The notes under the pieces are model-generated. The model ran no database searches, was not told the DNA's origin, and worked only from the letters and a program-made list of their open reading frames with translations. Source: Raillietiella orientalis (Eukaryota). From it: a stretch of DNA of 64,000 bases. This document shows, in pieces, positions 1 through 11,678 of this stretch. Position 1 is the stretch's first letter. The number at the start of each line of letters is the position of its first letter. The position numbers were made by a program, and so were the translations under genes. The stretch lies in assembly GCA_036172245.1 (NCBI GenBank), contig JAYWIR010000041.1, positions 1,674,001 to 1,738,000 of the forward strand, in the 5' to 3' direction.

Positions 1-3000
1 TCGCGCCGGGAGGGTCAGCCTCGCGATTTTTCCCTTGGGAATTTGGCCGGGTTCCGCACCGCCACAGGGTCTCCCCCCCTCCCCAATGACCTACTTCCTC
101 CCGTCTCTCTCTCTCTCCGTGAGACTTCCAAGGCGAGCGCGTGAGTGGGAGGGGCGCTCCGTTCCGCTTGAGGCATCTCTTGTCCAGATGCGAGGGGGCA
201 GAGGAAACGTCCCTCAAAGTTCGCTTCCCGATCCCATGCCAGGAGCTTTCTCGACCTCGAGGTCCTGGCTGCTGCACTCCAGGGTTGGGAGCGGGGAAAG
301 GACAACCATTCTTCCTTTGGAGAGCGCCTCCCTTGCGAAGATGCTTGCAGGACGCAGCGGCACAGCATCGCGGCTTCTGGTTTGCTTGCCCTCGGTTCTC
401 AGGAGGATATTCTTACGGGAGGAAGGGAGAAGGGGCGGAGAGGTGGGGAGAAGAAGGTGAAAAGTCCTTGTCCTCCTGGGTGCCAGTGAGAAGGTGCGCG
501 CATCTCTGGCCTGCGATATACAGAGACGACGTGCGGAAAGGCCGTCCGCCCTCGCCGCGCTTGCCGCTGAGGCCGTCTCCTCTTTGCGAGACTTTTGCGA
601 GGCGGAGTGCTGGAGGGAGGGCCTGCACTAGGTAAGGAGGGGTGGACGATCCGAGGTCCCTCAGGATGCTGGGTTCTTCCTCCCCTCTGAAAGAATCTTT
701 CGTCTGGCGGCGTCAGCAGCTCCCTTCGGCTCCTGTCTATCCCGCGGGTTCGCCTCTGGGTCTTTCTGAGCCTCTGCTCCTCCAGAAGGACGCAGGAAGC
801 ACGAGGGGGAGGTTAGCTTGCGTCTCAGCTCGGCTTCACCCCAAGAGAAGCTTGAGAGAGGAGGGGGAGAGGTTACGAACCGAAGGGCATTTCCGGGTCT
901 CGAGAAGGTCACTCGACCTCTTCCCCTACCCCCTGGGCCGGAAGGTCGTTTCTAGTGGGAACAAGACCTTAGTGACGCGGGGATTCTGCGCGTCCGGAAG
1001 GGCAGCGCGAGGGCCGCTGTATTTCTGGAGCATCAGGTGGTCTCCCGAGAAGACTACAAGGGAACATTGCCCCTCCGCGTTTGCCCTCCTCAGAGGATGT
1101 GGAGGGGAAGGAAACCCCACCGGAGGAGCTGGCTGCCAAGCGGATCCTTCCTCAGCAGCAGCCTCTCCGGCAGTCATTTGTAGGGCCAAGACGGGCAGAT
1201 GCTCACGAAATCACGAGGAGGGGGGATTCCCCCTGCCCGTCTGCCCGTCTTGGCTCTGCTGCTCCTGAGGGAGCCGGCTCAGCTCTCCCCACAGGCAGGA
1301 GGACAGCGCTGTGCACGGGTTCGGTTGCAGGGATCTCCACAGCTTCCCCCCTCACGTGTGCTCCTCCTCCCCTGACTTTTCTCTCGCTTTCCGCCTTCAA
1401 ATCCCTTCGTACATCCTTTCCTCGGTCGTTCCGCAATTCCCTGGCAACCTCCGAGTTTGCATTCCAGGCTCTCTTCAAAGTGCACCGTCCAAAACCAAAT
1501 GAGCGGTTCAAAAGATTTTTTTTTTGTTTCTTTTCTTACCTAGTTTCCTTCGAGCTCTCTGCTGAACGGTTGCCTCGTCCTTTCCGTCGACAGGAGAGAG
1601 GGCAAGAACGGGGAAACCAAAACTCCAGGGACTCGACCCTGCGGCTGGTAATGCACAAAATCGAAGCCTCGAAACGCATAGGATCGAAAGATTCAACGAT
1701 CGCGTTGGGAACAGCAGCGGATTCAAAGGTTTCAAAGTATGGCGCACGGGAAGAATCGCTGAGGTGCATTCTCAACAGATGCAACAAACAAACCATGGTT
1801 TCTGGGAGGTGTGACGAGCTGATGGAATAGCTCAAGCGGTCCACTGAAACCGAACCCGGTACTCCATGGAGGAGGAAAAGCACTCGCATCGGAAGTCGCC
1901 TCTATGGCTGAGGTAGAAGAGGTGCAGCAGAAGAAGGAGAGCAAGTTGGACCTTCACTTTGCCTCCAAGGAGCACTCACTCTAGGATCTCTGGGATCTGG
2001 AGAATGAAGGGGTATGGAGGAAGATGAGGATTTCGAAGAGGCAAGCAGAGCGCATCAGAAAGGCTGCGTTCGAGCATTCCATGCTTCTGAGCTACAAGAA
2101 GCTTCTTTGAGACCAACTAGCAAGCAGTCCGCATTATGGAATCACAAGATAGGTCATCCTGCATTTTTTGCATGACAGAGAGGGGTCCGAACCATTTCCA
2201 AAGAAACTCGGACAAGTCCGTCTCTCGAGAAGACACCGAGCCTTTCTTTCGTCCTTGAACTGCCGATGTGGTAACATCCGTTCGCTCTCCACTAGAAGTT
2301 GGTTCATAAGTTTGGCCATGACCAATTCCTGGTAGCTCTCGGCGTGAACTTCCCTGAAAGCAGCTGTCTCGGGAGCGGAAACAGCTGCCTCGGAAGTTTC
2401 ATTTCTCGTCAGCGTTCCCTGGAATTCCTCCACGAACTCCAGCTTCACGAATAAGGTCAAATGTCATTCTGGAGGGTGCTCTCCCTTCTGTTTTTTTTCT
2501 TCGACGGGGGGCAGTCGCTCGAAAACGCTGGAAACCCTTTCTTACTCCGAGCTCATAAAAACAGGTGAAATCGGGACCCCGGCGCAACTGGATGAGGAAG
2601 CGCTCCGGAGCAATATCTTCCGACGCCGCGTTAATTTAAAATTTATTATGGTTCCTTCTTTTCAGGGGGGGGGGGGGGAAACGAGGAAGAGAATGGCTGG
2701 GGAGAGGGTATCGTCTCCCCGAAATTGTTAATGATGCCAGCATTCAATTGAATTTTTTCTCATCCACTTCACTCCTCTGTATCCGAAAAGGGAGCAGAGA
2801 ATGGTACCAAGAAACCGTAACTAATCATCTCCCGTATAAATACGTCAATTTAATGAATCTGTGGCGCGTGTGCTCAGCGGCTTGTTAAGAAAGCGGAGCT
2901 GCAGACAAAGGGCTCCTAATAATGCTGGATGTACTCGTTCGCTCGGAAACACTCTTGCATTTTGCAACCGATAAAGATGCCAAAACATTTGTCGGAACGC

Positions 3001-3495
3001 GACGGAGAAGCCCGGCGACAAAGCAAGCGGAGACCAAAAGATCGAGTCGCCGAGGTGATGAAGTATAAAGAGCGCTTATTTGGCGTGACGCTGCTGCTGC
3101 GGCTTCGGGAGCAGCTTGGCGAACATCGCAGGAAGGCTGTTCCGTTCAGGAAGTGCGGCACCGCATGCGCATCCTGGAAACGATGAGCGTGCCGCCCGGA
3201 GACAACTTCTGCGGGTTGCGCCCCCAGTCCGGGTTCGTTTCCCCGAGCCGACGTCCAGGTGTCCAAGGATCGCTGACTCTTGCGAGCGACTCTTCTCTTG
3301 CGAACGAAATCCAACCTCGGAGGTGTGCAGGACCCGAAGGAGAAGAAATGCCAGTACCGAAAGAGAGGGATTTAGTCTAGAGTTCTCATGGATGAGAAAC
3401 GTTCCTGTTTCGAGCGTGCGGGATAAGGGAAGGGGGAAAGAATTAAGCCTTGGGTTTCCTTCAGCTATGTTCCAGGCGCAGGTCACAGGTTGGAG

Positions 3496-3879
3496 ACGGC
3501 GGCGACGCGCGGAACAGAATGCGTGCAAGAACACTGGTCATGAAGTGCCAGGAAGCAGATAGAAACGCAGGCAGCTGGCGAGAGTTCCGTGGACATAGGA
3601 AGTGAAAAGAAGCCTCGCTGCTGCCTACCAAGAACGGTGGTTTCTACGGGAGATTTGTGTACCAGAAGAGAACGGAGCCGTCCCAATGCCGTCACGTTTG
3701 TGAAGTGGCAGAAAATTTCAAGCCAAGGAGTCTCCGGAGCTCGGAGGTGCTAGCCAGGAGATCATTTTTCGTTGGTCTCTTCGAAAACACAAATCCGTGC
3801 GCTGTCCATGAGGGACGCATGAACGATCATCATGCCGAAGAACGTACGGCTGGCCCACAGCATCTGCAGCAAGCATGCC
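3496..3879 (+). pseudogene. His3: Histone H3 pseudogene, near full-length and highly degenerate
   Basis: Translation across frameshifts gives RAEQNACKNTGHEVP / RKQIETQAAGESSVDIGSEKKPRCCLPRTVV / LREI / YQKRTE..VCEVAENFK..RSSEVLA..FVGLFENTNPCAVH / IMPKNVRLAHSICSKHA. This is colinear with canonical H3: [58 protein letters not shown]...VREIAQDFK...VGLFEDTNLCAIH...IMPKDIQLARRIRGERA. Confidence 0.9.
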
Positions 3880-5789
3880 TCCGAAAACAAAAGCAAACAA
3901 AAGCATGTACTGCGGAAAACGCATCTGCTGCGTCTCTCGATGAGAGAAAACGGTGAAAACCACAATCCGGAAGCAAGATGCGAAGCATGAAGAATTCGCT
4001 GCTTCTGGAAGCAGACCAAGGAATAGAGAACCCACATTGCAGCAGACACTTATGACGGAAAAAGAGGGAAAGCAATGGTCACCCGTCAACGCCATGAGCA
4101 TCAACGCGTTACGCCGATCTCTGGAAACATCTCAGTTGCTTCAGAGCCCCGTGCATCTCGACATTCTGTGTCCGGAGAGTCCCGGAGACGACCCGCCCCA
4201 TTATCGACCACATCTCCAAGTTGTAGGCAGCGGTCATGAGACGGCATAAGCAGCAGTTCATAGGCTGCTTTTCTACAACTACACCTGCTGTGTGGTACCC
4301 ACCACCTAGCTGTGCGCCCTACTTTTTCCGACCTACGATATTGCGTAACCACGTGGTGCACCTCAAACCAGATGTTTTGACTGGGAATTCTCAGCTATCG
4401 AAACGTTTCTAGCTGAATTTCTTTGCGCTCTCTCAAGTAGATGATAGGCGTATCTCCAAATGCCAGATCCATTCTTCTGGCAAAGTATTCTCTCGCCTGT
4501 GAATTCCGGATACTGTGGACAGCCGGACGTTTTTTTTTTCTAAAAAGCAGCCTCACTTTAGAAATGTTGGGTGAAGAACCGTGTACTCATGCTTTTTCTG
4601 GAGTTAAAGACACGCGTCTACCTCTGCAGTTCTATATCTGCATTGATGGTGGTTTCAGATCTTTTTGGTTTCTCACGCGTCCACCACCGAAGATCTCTTT
4701 TTGATGATTTCTGAGAAAAGCGACTCCAGTGTTGTAGAAATCGTCGTGGTCCACATCATGGAGAACTTCTCCATGGAAACGTCTCCTTCACTTCTGCTAA
4801 GTGCTCTTACCTCGATCTAGCCGCCGAGTCAATGTGTAGTTGCACCAATGCTCAAGAATCTGAGGTCCTTGTGAGCTTCTTTTCCTTGGAATCTTCCCGT
4901 CGATAAGTAATCCTGCTGGATTATGGGAGGGGCTTCCTTCCTTGTGCTTCCCCCCTCTTCCCTCGATGACCAGCGCTTTTGTGTTCTTCAAGTCCCTTCC
5001 CATCTCCGTGAGAGTTGCAGGTCATTTTCAGATGAATCTCGAGGGAGTGTGGATGTTTCACAAGGCCACTTGAGATCAGGAATGGCACCGTCAAGGAAGT
5101 AACGCCAATTGTTTTTGTTATTGTGCCTCTTTCTATTGCCTTTCGTTGTGCGCTCCGTCGTTGTCAACAGGAGTGTTTCCGGTGCTTTCGGATGTTTCGG
5201 ATGCTTCCTCTTCGACAGGTGTTTTGCAAGCTTTCCGGCCACGAGAGACGAGCTTTCAGGAGATGGCGATGATCGTTTGTTCACCAGTTTGTCACATCGC
5301 TCATTGCAGGAGAAAACGGAGTTCCGGTGAGGGAATGGAGTTTTTCAGACGGCTAAACAAATTTTCACATGTGACGCGGCACCAATGAGGAACGTTTTTC
5401 TCTCTTTATTTTCAAGCACCATCAGAGTTGTTGAAGACACAGATCATTCAACACTTTTAATCCTTCAGGGATGAAACGGGGAAGGCGGAGCGAAGAACCA
5501 CCCACATATTTTTGCAAGAGTCTCTATCCTGAAGAACGTCCTGATTTTTGCTATCCTGATCCTGAAAAAGAGGGAAAAGACAGGATCTCCGTCTTTTCCC
5601 TATCCAACTGCATCTGGATGATGGGAAGGCATCTGGAGAAGGCATTCAAGATCACACACTGAGGACTCACATTGGACGTGCACTGAAAAGAAAAATCCCC
5701 TCATGCCGAACGCACGACCGGACGACTCCAGGCAGCGTGGACACCCCTTTTTGCCATGTCCAGCCTTCGGAGCCATCGCATTTCAGGAC

Positions 5790-6090
5790 GTTCGCTACTC
5801 AACGGGGAGCACCTTGAGCTCTCCGAGCTGCAAAGACGGGCACGCTGACCTTCTGCCAGAGCACGCATCCTTCACCAAGGCCGGCGTCGGTCGTCTCTGC
5901 AGGAAGTGCGGAAGATCGTATGTTCCTCAACAGATGCGTCAGCAATCGGACGAGGATTACGGACGGGCATGACGAGCTGGCGACCCGAATCAACGGAACT
6001 ACCCTGGAACATCGAGAGCTGGCGGTCTTCGACCGGACTCTCTTCCGCTACGACCATCAGCAGCGTTGGAAGAAGCGAGACAGGAGAAGC
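5790..6090 (+). mobile_element. Possible CxC5-like cysteine cluster of a KDZ/Zisupton-type transposon (remnant)
   Basis: SPSCKDG..HASFTKAGVGRLCRKCGRSYVP, then after a frameshift LAVFDRTLFRY. This resembles the CxC5 pattern (C..A.FT..GV...C..C..Y.P). Motif-level similarity only. Confidence 0.3.
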
Positions 6091-7459
6091 ATCGACCTCT
6101 GCCCCAAAGGAGTGTCCGCCACCCTAATGGCAATCGTCGTAGGACGTCTGGCATTCCGGCAGACCCGGCAAGCGGTGGAGTGTTCAGGGAACCGAAGATT
6201 CCCAAGAAGCAGGCGGAGTACATCGGGAAACGGACGGTATGCTTAAACGTATGGGATGACAGGTGATGTAGAGGTTGAGACACCGCCCTAATGGAGGAGG
6301 ATTTGAAGAAAAGAGATGCGAAACTCTCCCTTCATCTGGATACGAACACGTGTTTTTTTGTGTGTGTACCATGGCTGTCGTTAACAAAATTTTTAACAAA
6401 TGTGCTCCACTGAGGAGGAAATTTTGCAATTCGTTGTGGGAAAAAGAAAAAAAAAAAACACGATTGAAATCTCTTCCTGTGGCGGGGAAACCGGAAGTCT
6501 CATGCAAATAATGGCGACGCGAGAGGCAGTTCCCTCTGCTCTGTCAAGCGGAAAGCAGTTCCGGACTTTGGGAGTCGCGTCTCTTGCAGTTCGCTTCCTC
6601 CTGACGCGAACGCGGAAACTGCAGACGAACAGGTTTTAAGCAGCGCACTGTTGTAGGTCGATAGATGATCAACAGCCACCCAAAGACTGCAGACCGAAGA
6701 AGGGGGGGGGGGGGAAGCAAGGGAACAGCAACGCGTCTCTTATCACCTGCCCGAGAGAGAGGGATCTCTTGCGTGGTGAAGGGAAACGGATGTCCCTGCA
6801 GAGGACAACGGTCTCCCCTTCCAGCGTGACACCCCCTAGCAGCAGGACCTGCTCTGTGCTGTCGCACCTCCCGCGACGAGCGGCTACATCGGGACGCCTT
6901 CCAGTTCAGTACGCGTGGGGGGATGCAAGCGCGCCCCATCGCGCGTCTAATCGCTGCACGCATGCATCATCCAGAGAGGGCACAGCGCGGATGTGTCAAA
7001 CCGTGCGTGCGCGTGTTGTCAGCCCCGCCACCTTGGGGTGCGCGCGCGGGCACGCTTGCCGGCCTTTGCAGTCTGCAGGCGGGGAGGGGCACGGCACACG
7101 ATAAGATAGCGCGCATGTACGCACGCATGCGTTCCCGCAGGCGTGTTTCACACGATTATGTGTGAGCGCGCGCTGTTGCCGGATCGGGTTGCCAGGGCGA
7201 TGTGCTCTCGCGTGCCCCCTTCCGAGCCACGCCGCTTTGCGTGCTGACGAAAAGAAGCGAGGGCACACAACCCGGACGCGCTCCATGCCTGATGGGGGAA
7301 TAGAGGGAGGAGGGTCGCGTACACGTTTCCAGAAACTCGGAAAACTCCTTCTGCCTTCCCCTTCCCCCCTACCTGTGTCCCCTTCCAGCGGAAACTGTGG
7401 AGCTCAGAGAGGTTCTCTTTCCGATAGAGACGTGATGATGGAAATCCTTCTTTTCGATC

Positions 7460-8079
7460 TTCGCTGTTTTCGCAGCTCTTTAACACGGTTCCACGCCACC
7501 CGAGGGTGCGTGTAATTCCTCAAGATAGAGGATTACCCCGGGAGGGCTCCGCTCCATTTTTTCTTCTCCGAAGGGAACCCGGAAAGGATCTGCTAGTAGG
7601 AATTTCTTCTCCGGAGGAAACCTGCAAGGGAATCGCTCCTGTTGCCTCCTCCTCTGAAGCGAACCCCAAAGGGACGCTTCCGAAATTCAGAAGAGCTCTT
7701 TCCCAAAGGGAGCGGCACGCTTCTCTGCACTCTCTGGACAGGTGGCTACAGATCCTACTTCGTCAGTACGACGCGGAAGACCCCTCCCGAAATGGGGGGT
7801 CCGCTGCTTCACAACCAGAGGAGAAACTACCCATTCTTTGATTCTGTTTCCTGGTCATTACCCGGATGTCGACTCCCAATCCCGGCCACTCATCAGGGGC
7901 ATCCGGTTTTAACCACTACCAGTGCCTCATACGGGTGAATAAAGGCCAACCAGCGTCATCTTGCGGAAAGAACTCGAGCCCACGACTCACTGAGTCGATT
8001 TCTGTCGGGGTATTCGAACCCGCGACGCCTGGTATCACGCACGGAACCCTCGGCAACCACAAGGCCTCACGACGTGGGG
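7460..8079 (-). mobile_element. tRNA-derived SINE, diverged copy of the family at 59011-59602
   Basis: The minus-strand head has an A-box-like gaggccttgtggtt and the B box ggttcgaatacc. The body gaagggaacccggaaaggatctgctagtaggaatttcttctccggagg...gggacgcttccgaaattcagaag matches 59130-59250, and the 3' portion matches 31540-31600 in reverse. Confidence 0.8.
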
Positions 8080-10924
8080 TGGCGCCGAGTTCTGGCCGAG
8101 CAGGGGTTGCCGGGAACACGCAGAGTCACCTCCTTTCTCTTTGACGAGTTCGGCTTGGTCCTGTGAGGATAAACGCAGCGGGAAGGAATAAGGAGGAAAG
8201 CAAGAAGAAAATAAAGGAGGGACACGTAGAAGAGGAAAGGGCGCTGCCCTCCCTCCGCGACGATGGAAACGGGATCTCCTCTTCCGCTTTCCCGGTTCGC
8301 GGGCGGAGGCGAATCTGGACGGAACGGGCGGCGGAGGAAAGAGAAATTTCCATCTGGACGAAGCGATTCGGGAGGGCGCGGAAGGAGGAGGAGGCGAAGG
8401 AGAGAAGCAGCGGCGGTGTGAATCTGGCCAATCTGAACGAGTACCAGTGAAGTGACGGAGGATGAAAGATAATCTCGTTAGGAAGGCGAGCATGGACCGA
8501 GCCGAGGAGGGTACGACACGCCAAATAGAGGTTACGGCTTGCAACATCCACGCTCGATTTCCTCTCCTCCGTTTATGATGATTTATTGCCCCGCGCCAAG
8601 AGCTCAGCGGCTCGCGGGAGTCGGAGGAGGGTCGGGAGAAGAGCGATCGGCGAAAGGGAAGCATATGAATGAAACAGTGCATCATCATCGCCGCTCCGGA
8701 GAGCAGCCGTTCCTCGAGGAGGATGATTGATCCGTCAGGAGAGGACGTCCGCGCGGTCCGCCTGTCGGGCGGAGGGGAGGGGGGGCAGCAAGGGAGGAGA
8801 AGGAGGAGGACTGCGTCACACCGACTGGCGTCCCGCGCTTCCAAGATGGAGTCTCTCGCCGTCTTGCGCCGAACGCGCTCGTTCCCTGTTCCTCTTCTGC
8901 CCCCCCCCCCTCCGCCTCCATCCTTCCGCCGCCCATCGGGCGCAGCACCGGCAAAAGGAAAAAAAATGGAAACAAAGAGAAGACAACAAGATGAGGAACC
9001 GCTTCCGTTTCCGATCCTCTGTTTCGCAGTTTCTTCGGGCGACTATCCGTCGCCGGATGGTGGAGGCGCTGCCTAATGTCCTCGAGGAGGAATCCCGGAT
9101 CCGACCCGAGGATGCTAGACTCCGCTTCCCGGAAGCCGAGGAGAAGCCATCTGCATAAAATCCCTATTTGAGACTCCAGGGGAAGAAAAACGGCAGCGAA
9201 GATGACCCGAGATGATCGCTCGGCGGATGCTGCGGCCGCCGAAAGGAAACGGATCATCTCGTGAGCCTCGCGATGCGCGTCACCGGATCAGCAAGTCCGA
9301 AGGGCATGATCGGAACCGGAGGCGGAAGTCCATGCCCTTCGTCCTCTCCCCGCCATCTTTCCCGAGTTTCTGGCGGGAGAGCCGTCCCTGCAGCTTCCCC
9401 CAGAACCGTCAGCAGCCGCCGCCAACGCTCGCTGGCTGCTGCGCGCCCACCACAACCGCTTTCTCTACCGTCTCGCCCTCACCAAGCGACCCTCTTTCGT
9501 CTGCGAAACTCCAAAGGACGCGCCTGAGGGGGAGTGCTCTCTTCTGCTGCTCGTCCGGGACGTGGAATGTGACCGTTACCTGCTCGCGGTCACGTCCCAA
9601 GGGTGAAGAAGGAGGGACCAAAGGAGGAGGAGGAGAAAGGAGGAGGGAAAGAGGGAGAATATCATTTCCAGAATTTCCACTCTCCTCACGAATGCTGTGA
9701 GAGAGCGGAAGAAGAAGAAGAGGGGGATGCCCTCGGGTGGACCTCGCCTCAGGTGGATCTTACCAAAATACCCGCTGCAGCACATGGGATGCCTCGGTCA
9801 GGATCTGTCCTGTTCAGATGGCAGTCATAGGTGCTCCGCTCGTAGGTCGATTACGGAAAATTCTCCGGGAAGTCCCTTCGGCCTGAGAGATTCAACCGTG
9901 GCAGCGGGCAGGGCATGAGGAGCTGCTGCAAACGCCTCCAGGAGATGGACTGTCGGAAAGAGGGAAAGGGGGGTTTCAAGTGCAGCAGAATCTCTAGCAA
10001 CTCCTCCCTTCCCATCCTCCCGTAAATTCGAATTACTTGGAGGCTCTGGCGGGGTGCCCTCATCGAGTCGAAGATTTACCGAAAAGACAGAAAAGGGGGG
10101 AGGGGGAACCGAAGGGAATGGAGGGAAACGAAGGTTGCTCCCCTTCTCGGGGAGGTGGATCAGGATGCACGCCTCGGGGAGGGGACGAAGAGCCTTCCTG
10201 GGCGCGCCGAACGAGAGGGCCCCACTTCAGGAGAGCGTCCCTGTCCCGCTGGAATCTGCAGGAAGGCTCCTTGAGAATGGATGAGCAGAAGAAATCATGG
10301 GCGCGTCCCATGGTTTCTCCTGTTGCCAGTCTTAATCAAACTGCTGTCAGACAGCGGAGAGCCGATTGCGTCATTATCATAATTGACGGATTAAGCGCAA
10401 TGGCGCGTGGCGCTGCCGGCTTCATAGAATGGACCATTTTCCTCAAGCAAGACGGAGAGAGCTCCTTGAGAAAAATGCAAAGCGCGGAGCATCAAACGAG
10501 TGTGCCACACAGGAGACAACGCCATGCTTCAGGCAAAGATGCAACTACTGCTCTCCTCCCGGGAACTTCTCTTCCAATCCTCGCTTCGTTCTTGAGGACC
10601 GGCTCGAAGAAGCGTCTTTCCTGGAAAAGGCTGCGGCACTTTAACGGAAAGCCCTCCCACCGCCCAAGAAAAGGAAAAGTCACCTAGCAGCCGGTTCGAG
10701 CCACGCCTCTGAACCGCCGTTTCCGGAACAAAGGGGCCGTTCCTAATTTCAGCTTCTGTCTCGGACTTTGGATCGTAGGGAATGGAGGATGACTCCCGTA
10801 AGGACAGTGGGGGGAACGACTCAGGAGACATGCCGCTTCCGTATGTAGTCGGCCAAGTGACACCCGATGCAGATCAAAAGATTCTGTAGACCGGTGCGAT
10901 CGTCAGTGCGCTCCCCCCAGGAAT

Positions 10925-11130
10925 CTGTCCGTTGCGGTATCTGCGTGATTCGCAAGGATCACGCGAAGCCAACTGGACTTGCACCGTCATGGCGGAAGTC
11001 CAGTTGATTGAACCAGCAGCAGTGGTGCTGGAGAACGTTCGTATTTACCGGAAATTGCGTTAATCATACGCACCATTTTAAAGAGCCTCAGGGATTGCTT
11101 TTATTGACCACGGGAAAAATTTCTTTCCAA
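10925..11130 (+). pseudogene. Possible MATH-domain gene fragment
   Basis: NLSVAV..QGSREANWTCTVMAEVQLI/LNQQ resembles the MATH beta-strand motif (WSC...AEL.LLNQ). The match is short and frameshifted. Confidence 0.3.
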
Positions 11131-11321
11131 GATCTACCCCAACAACCTTGGTCTCCACAAAGGACGAATTCGGAGATCTGTAAGGAGCATTCGGATGGTT
11201 TCGAGTGAGATGATCTCCGCCCGTTTCGCTTCCCAGATCTCCCTGACTCGGAATCGGAGCAGTGCAATAGAATCTCGCGATTCCGGTCATCGTCAATTTT
11301 TTGCTGATTCCTTTGTATTCC

Positions 11322-11382
11322 CCCGAAGATGGCACTACGTAGCAAACGCGCAAAAGCTTTGCTACGTAGTGCCATCTTCGGG
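11322..11382. repeat. Perfect 25-bp inverted repeat with 11-nt loop (hairpin)
   Basis: cccgaagatggcactacgtagcaaa (11322-11346) is the exact reverse complement of tttgctacgtagtgccatcttcggg (11358-11382). Confidence 0.97.
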
Positions 11383-11652
11383 AATGCTTGACTTCCTTTG
11401 AACAGAATACCAAGCTGCTTTCCTTCGGATGCAGCTCTCCAATGCACTTCTGGAGCCCACTGTCCCATATAAAAGAAGCCTTCGTTTGCTACTCTTGAAT
11501 CGTACCCGCTTTATTTCCATCCAGGAGGGCGATAAAAAAGAAACTACATGGACTGATTGCCGTTCATGGTGGTCGCCTATTGGTCATCGACCAGTTTCAA
11601 CCGTATCTTATCATCTTATTCTTCACGAGGGAGTGCTGCATTTTCTAAAGGA

Positions 11653-11678
11653 CCTTTTAGCTAAGATCAAAGTGTAGT
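11653..11678 (+). pseudogene. U2: Truncated U2 snRNA 5' fragment flanked by 10-bp direct repeats
   Basis: ccttttagctaagatcaaagtgtagt matches the conserved 5' region of U2 snRNA (CCUU.UGGCUAAGAUCAAAGUGUAGU, about nt 13-38). It is flanked by ttctaaagga at 11643-11652 and 11678-11687. Confidence 0.8.

Noticed and set aside
1..2600. Long overlapping ORFs (208 aa, 249 aa and others)
   Set aside because: These are GC-rich, low-information translations with no recognisable family. They are probably LINE ORF1/UTR debris but cannot be supported.
7860..7910. CUGAUGA within a SINE stem (minus strand)
   Set aside because: There is no downstream GAAA, and the motif is not conserved in the intact copy (ccgatga).
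8130..10690. Multiple ORFs of 140-270 aa
   Set aside because: They consist of purine/pyrimidine-biased low-complexity sequence with only faint LINE-like hints (e.g. IYCPAP). Too weak to call.
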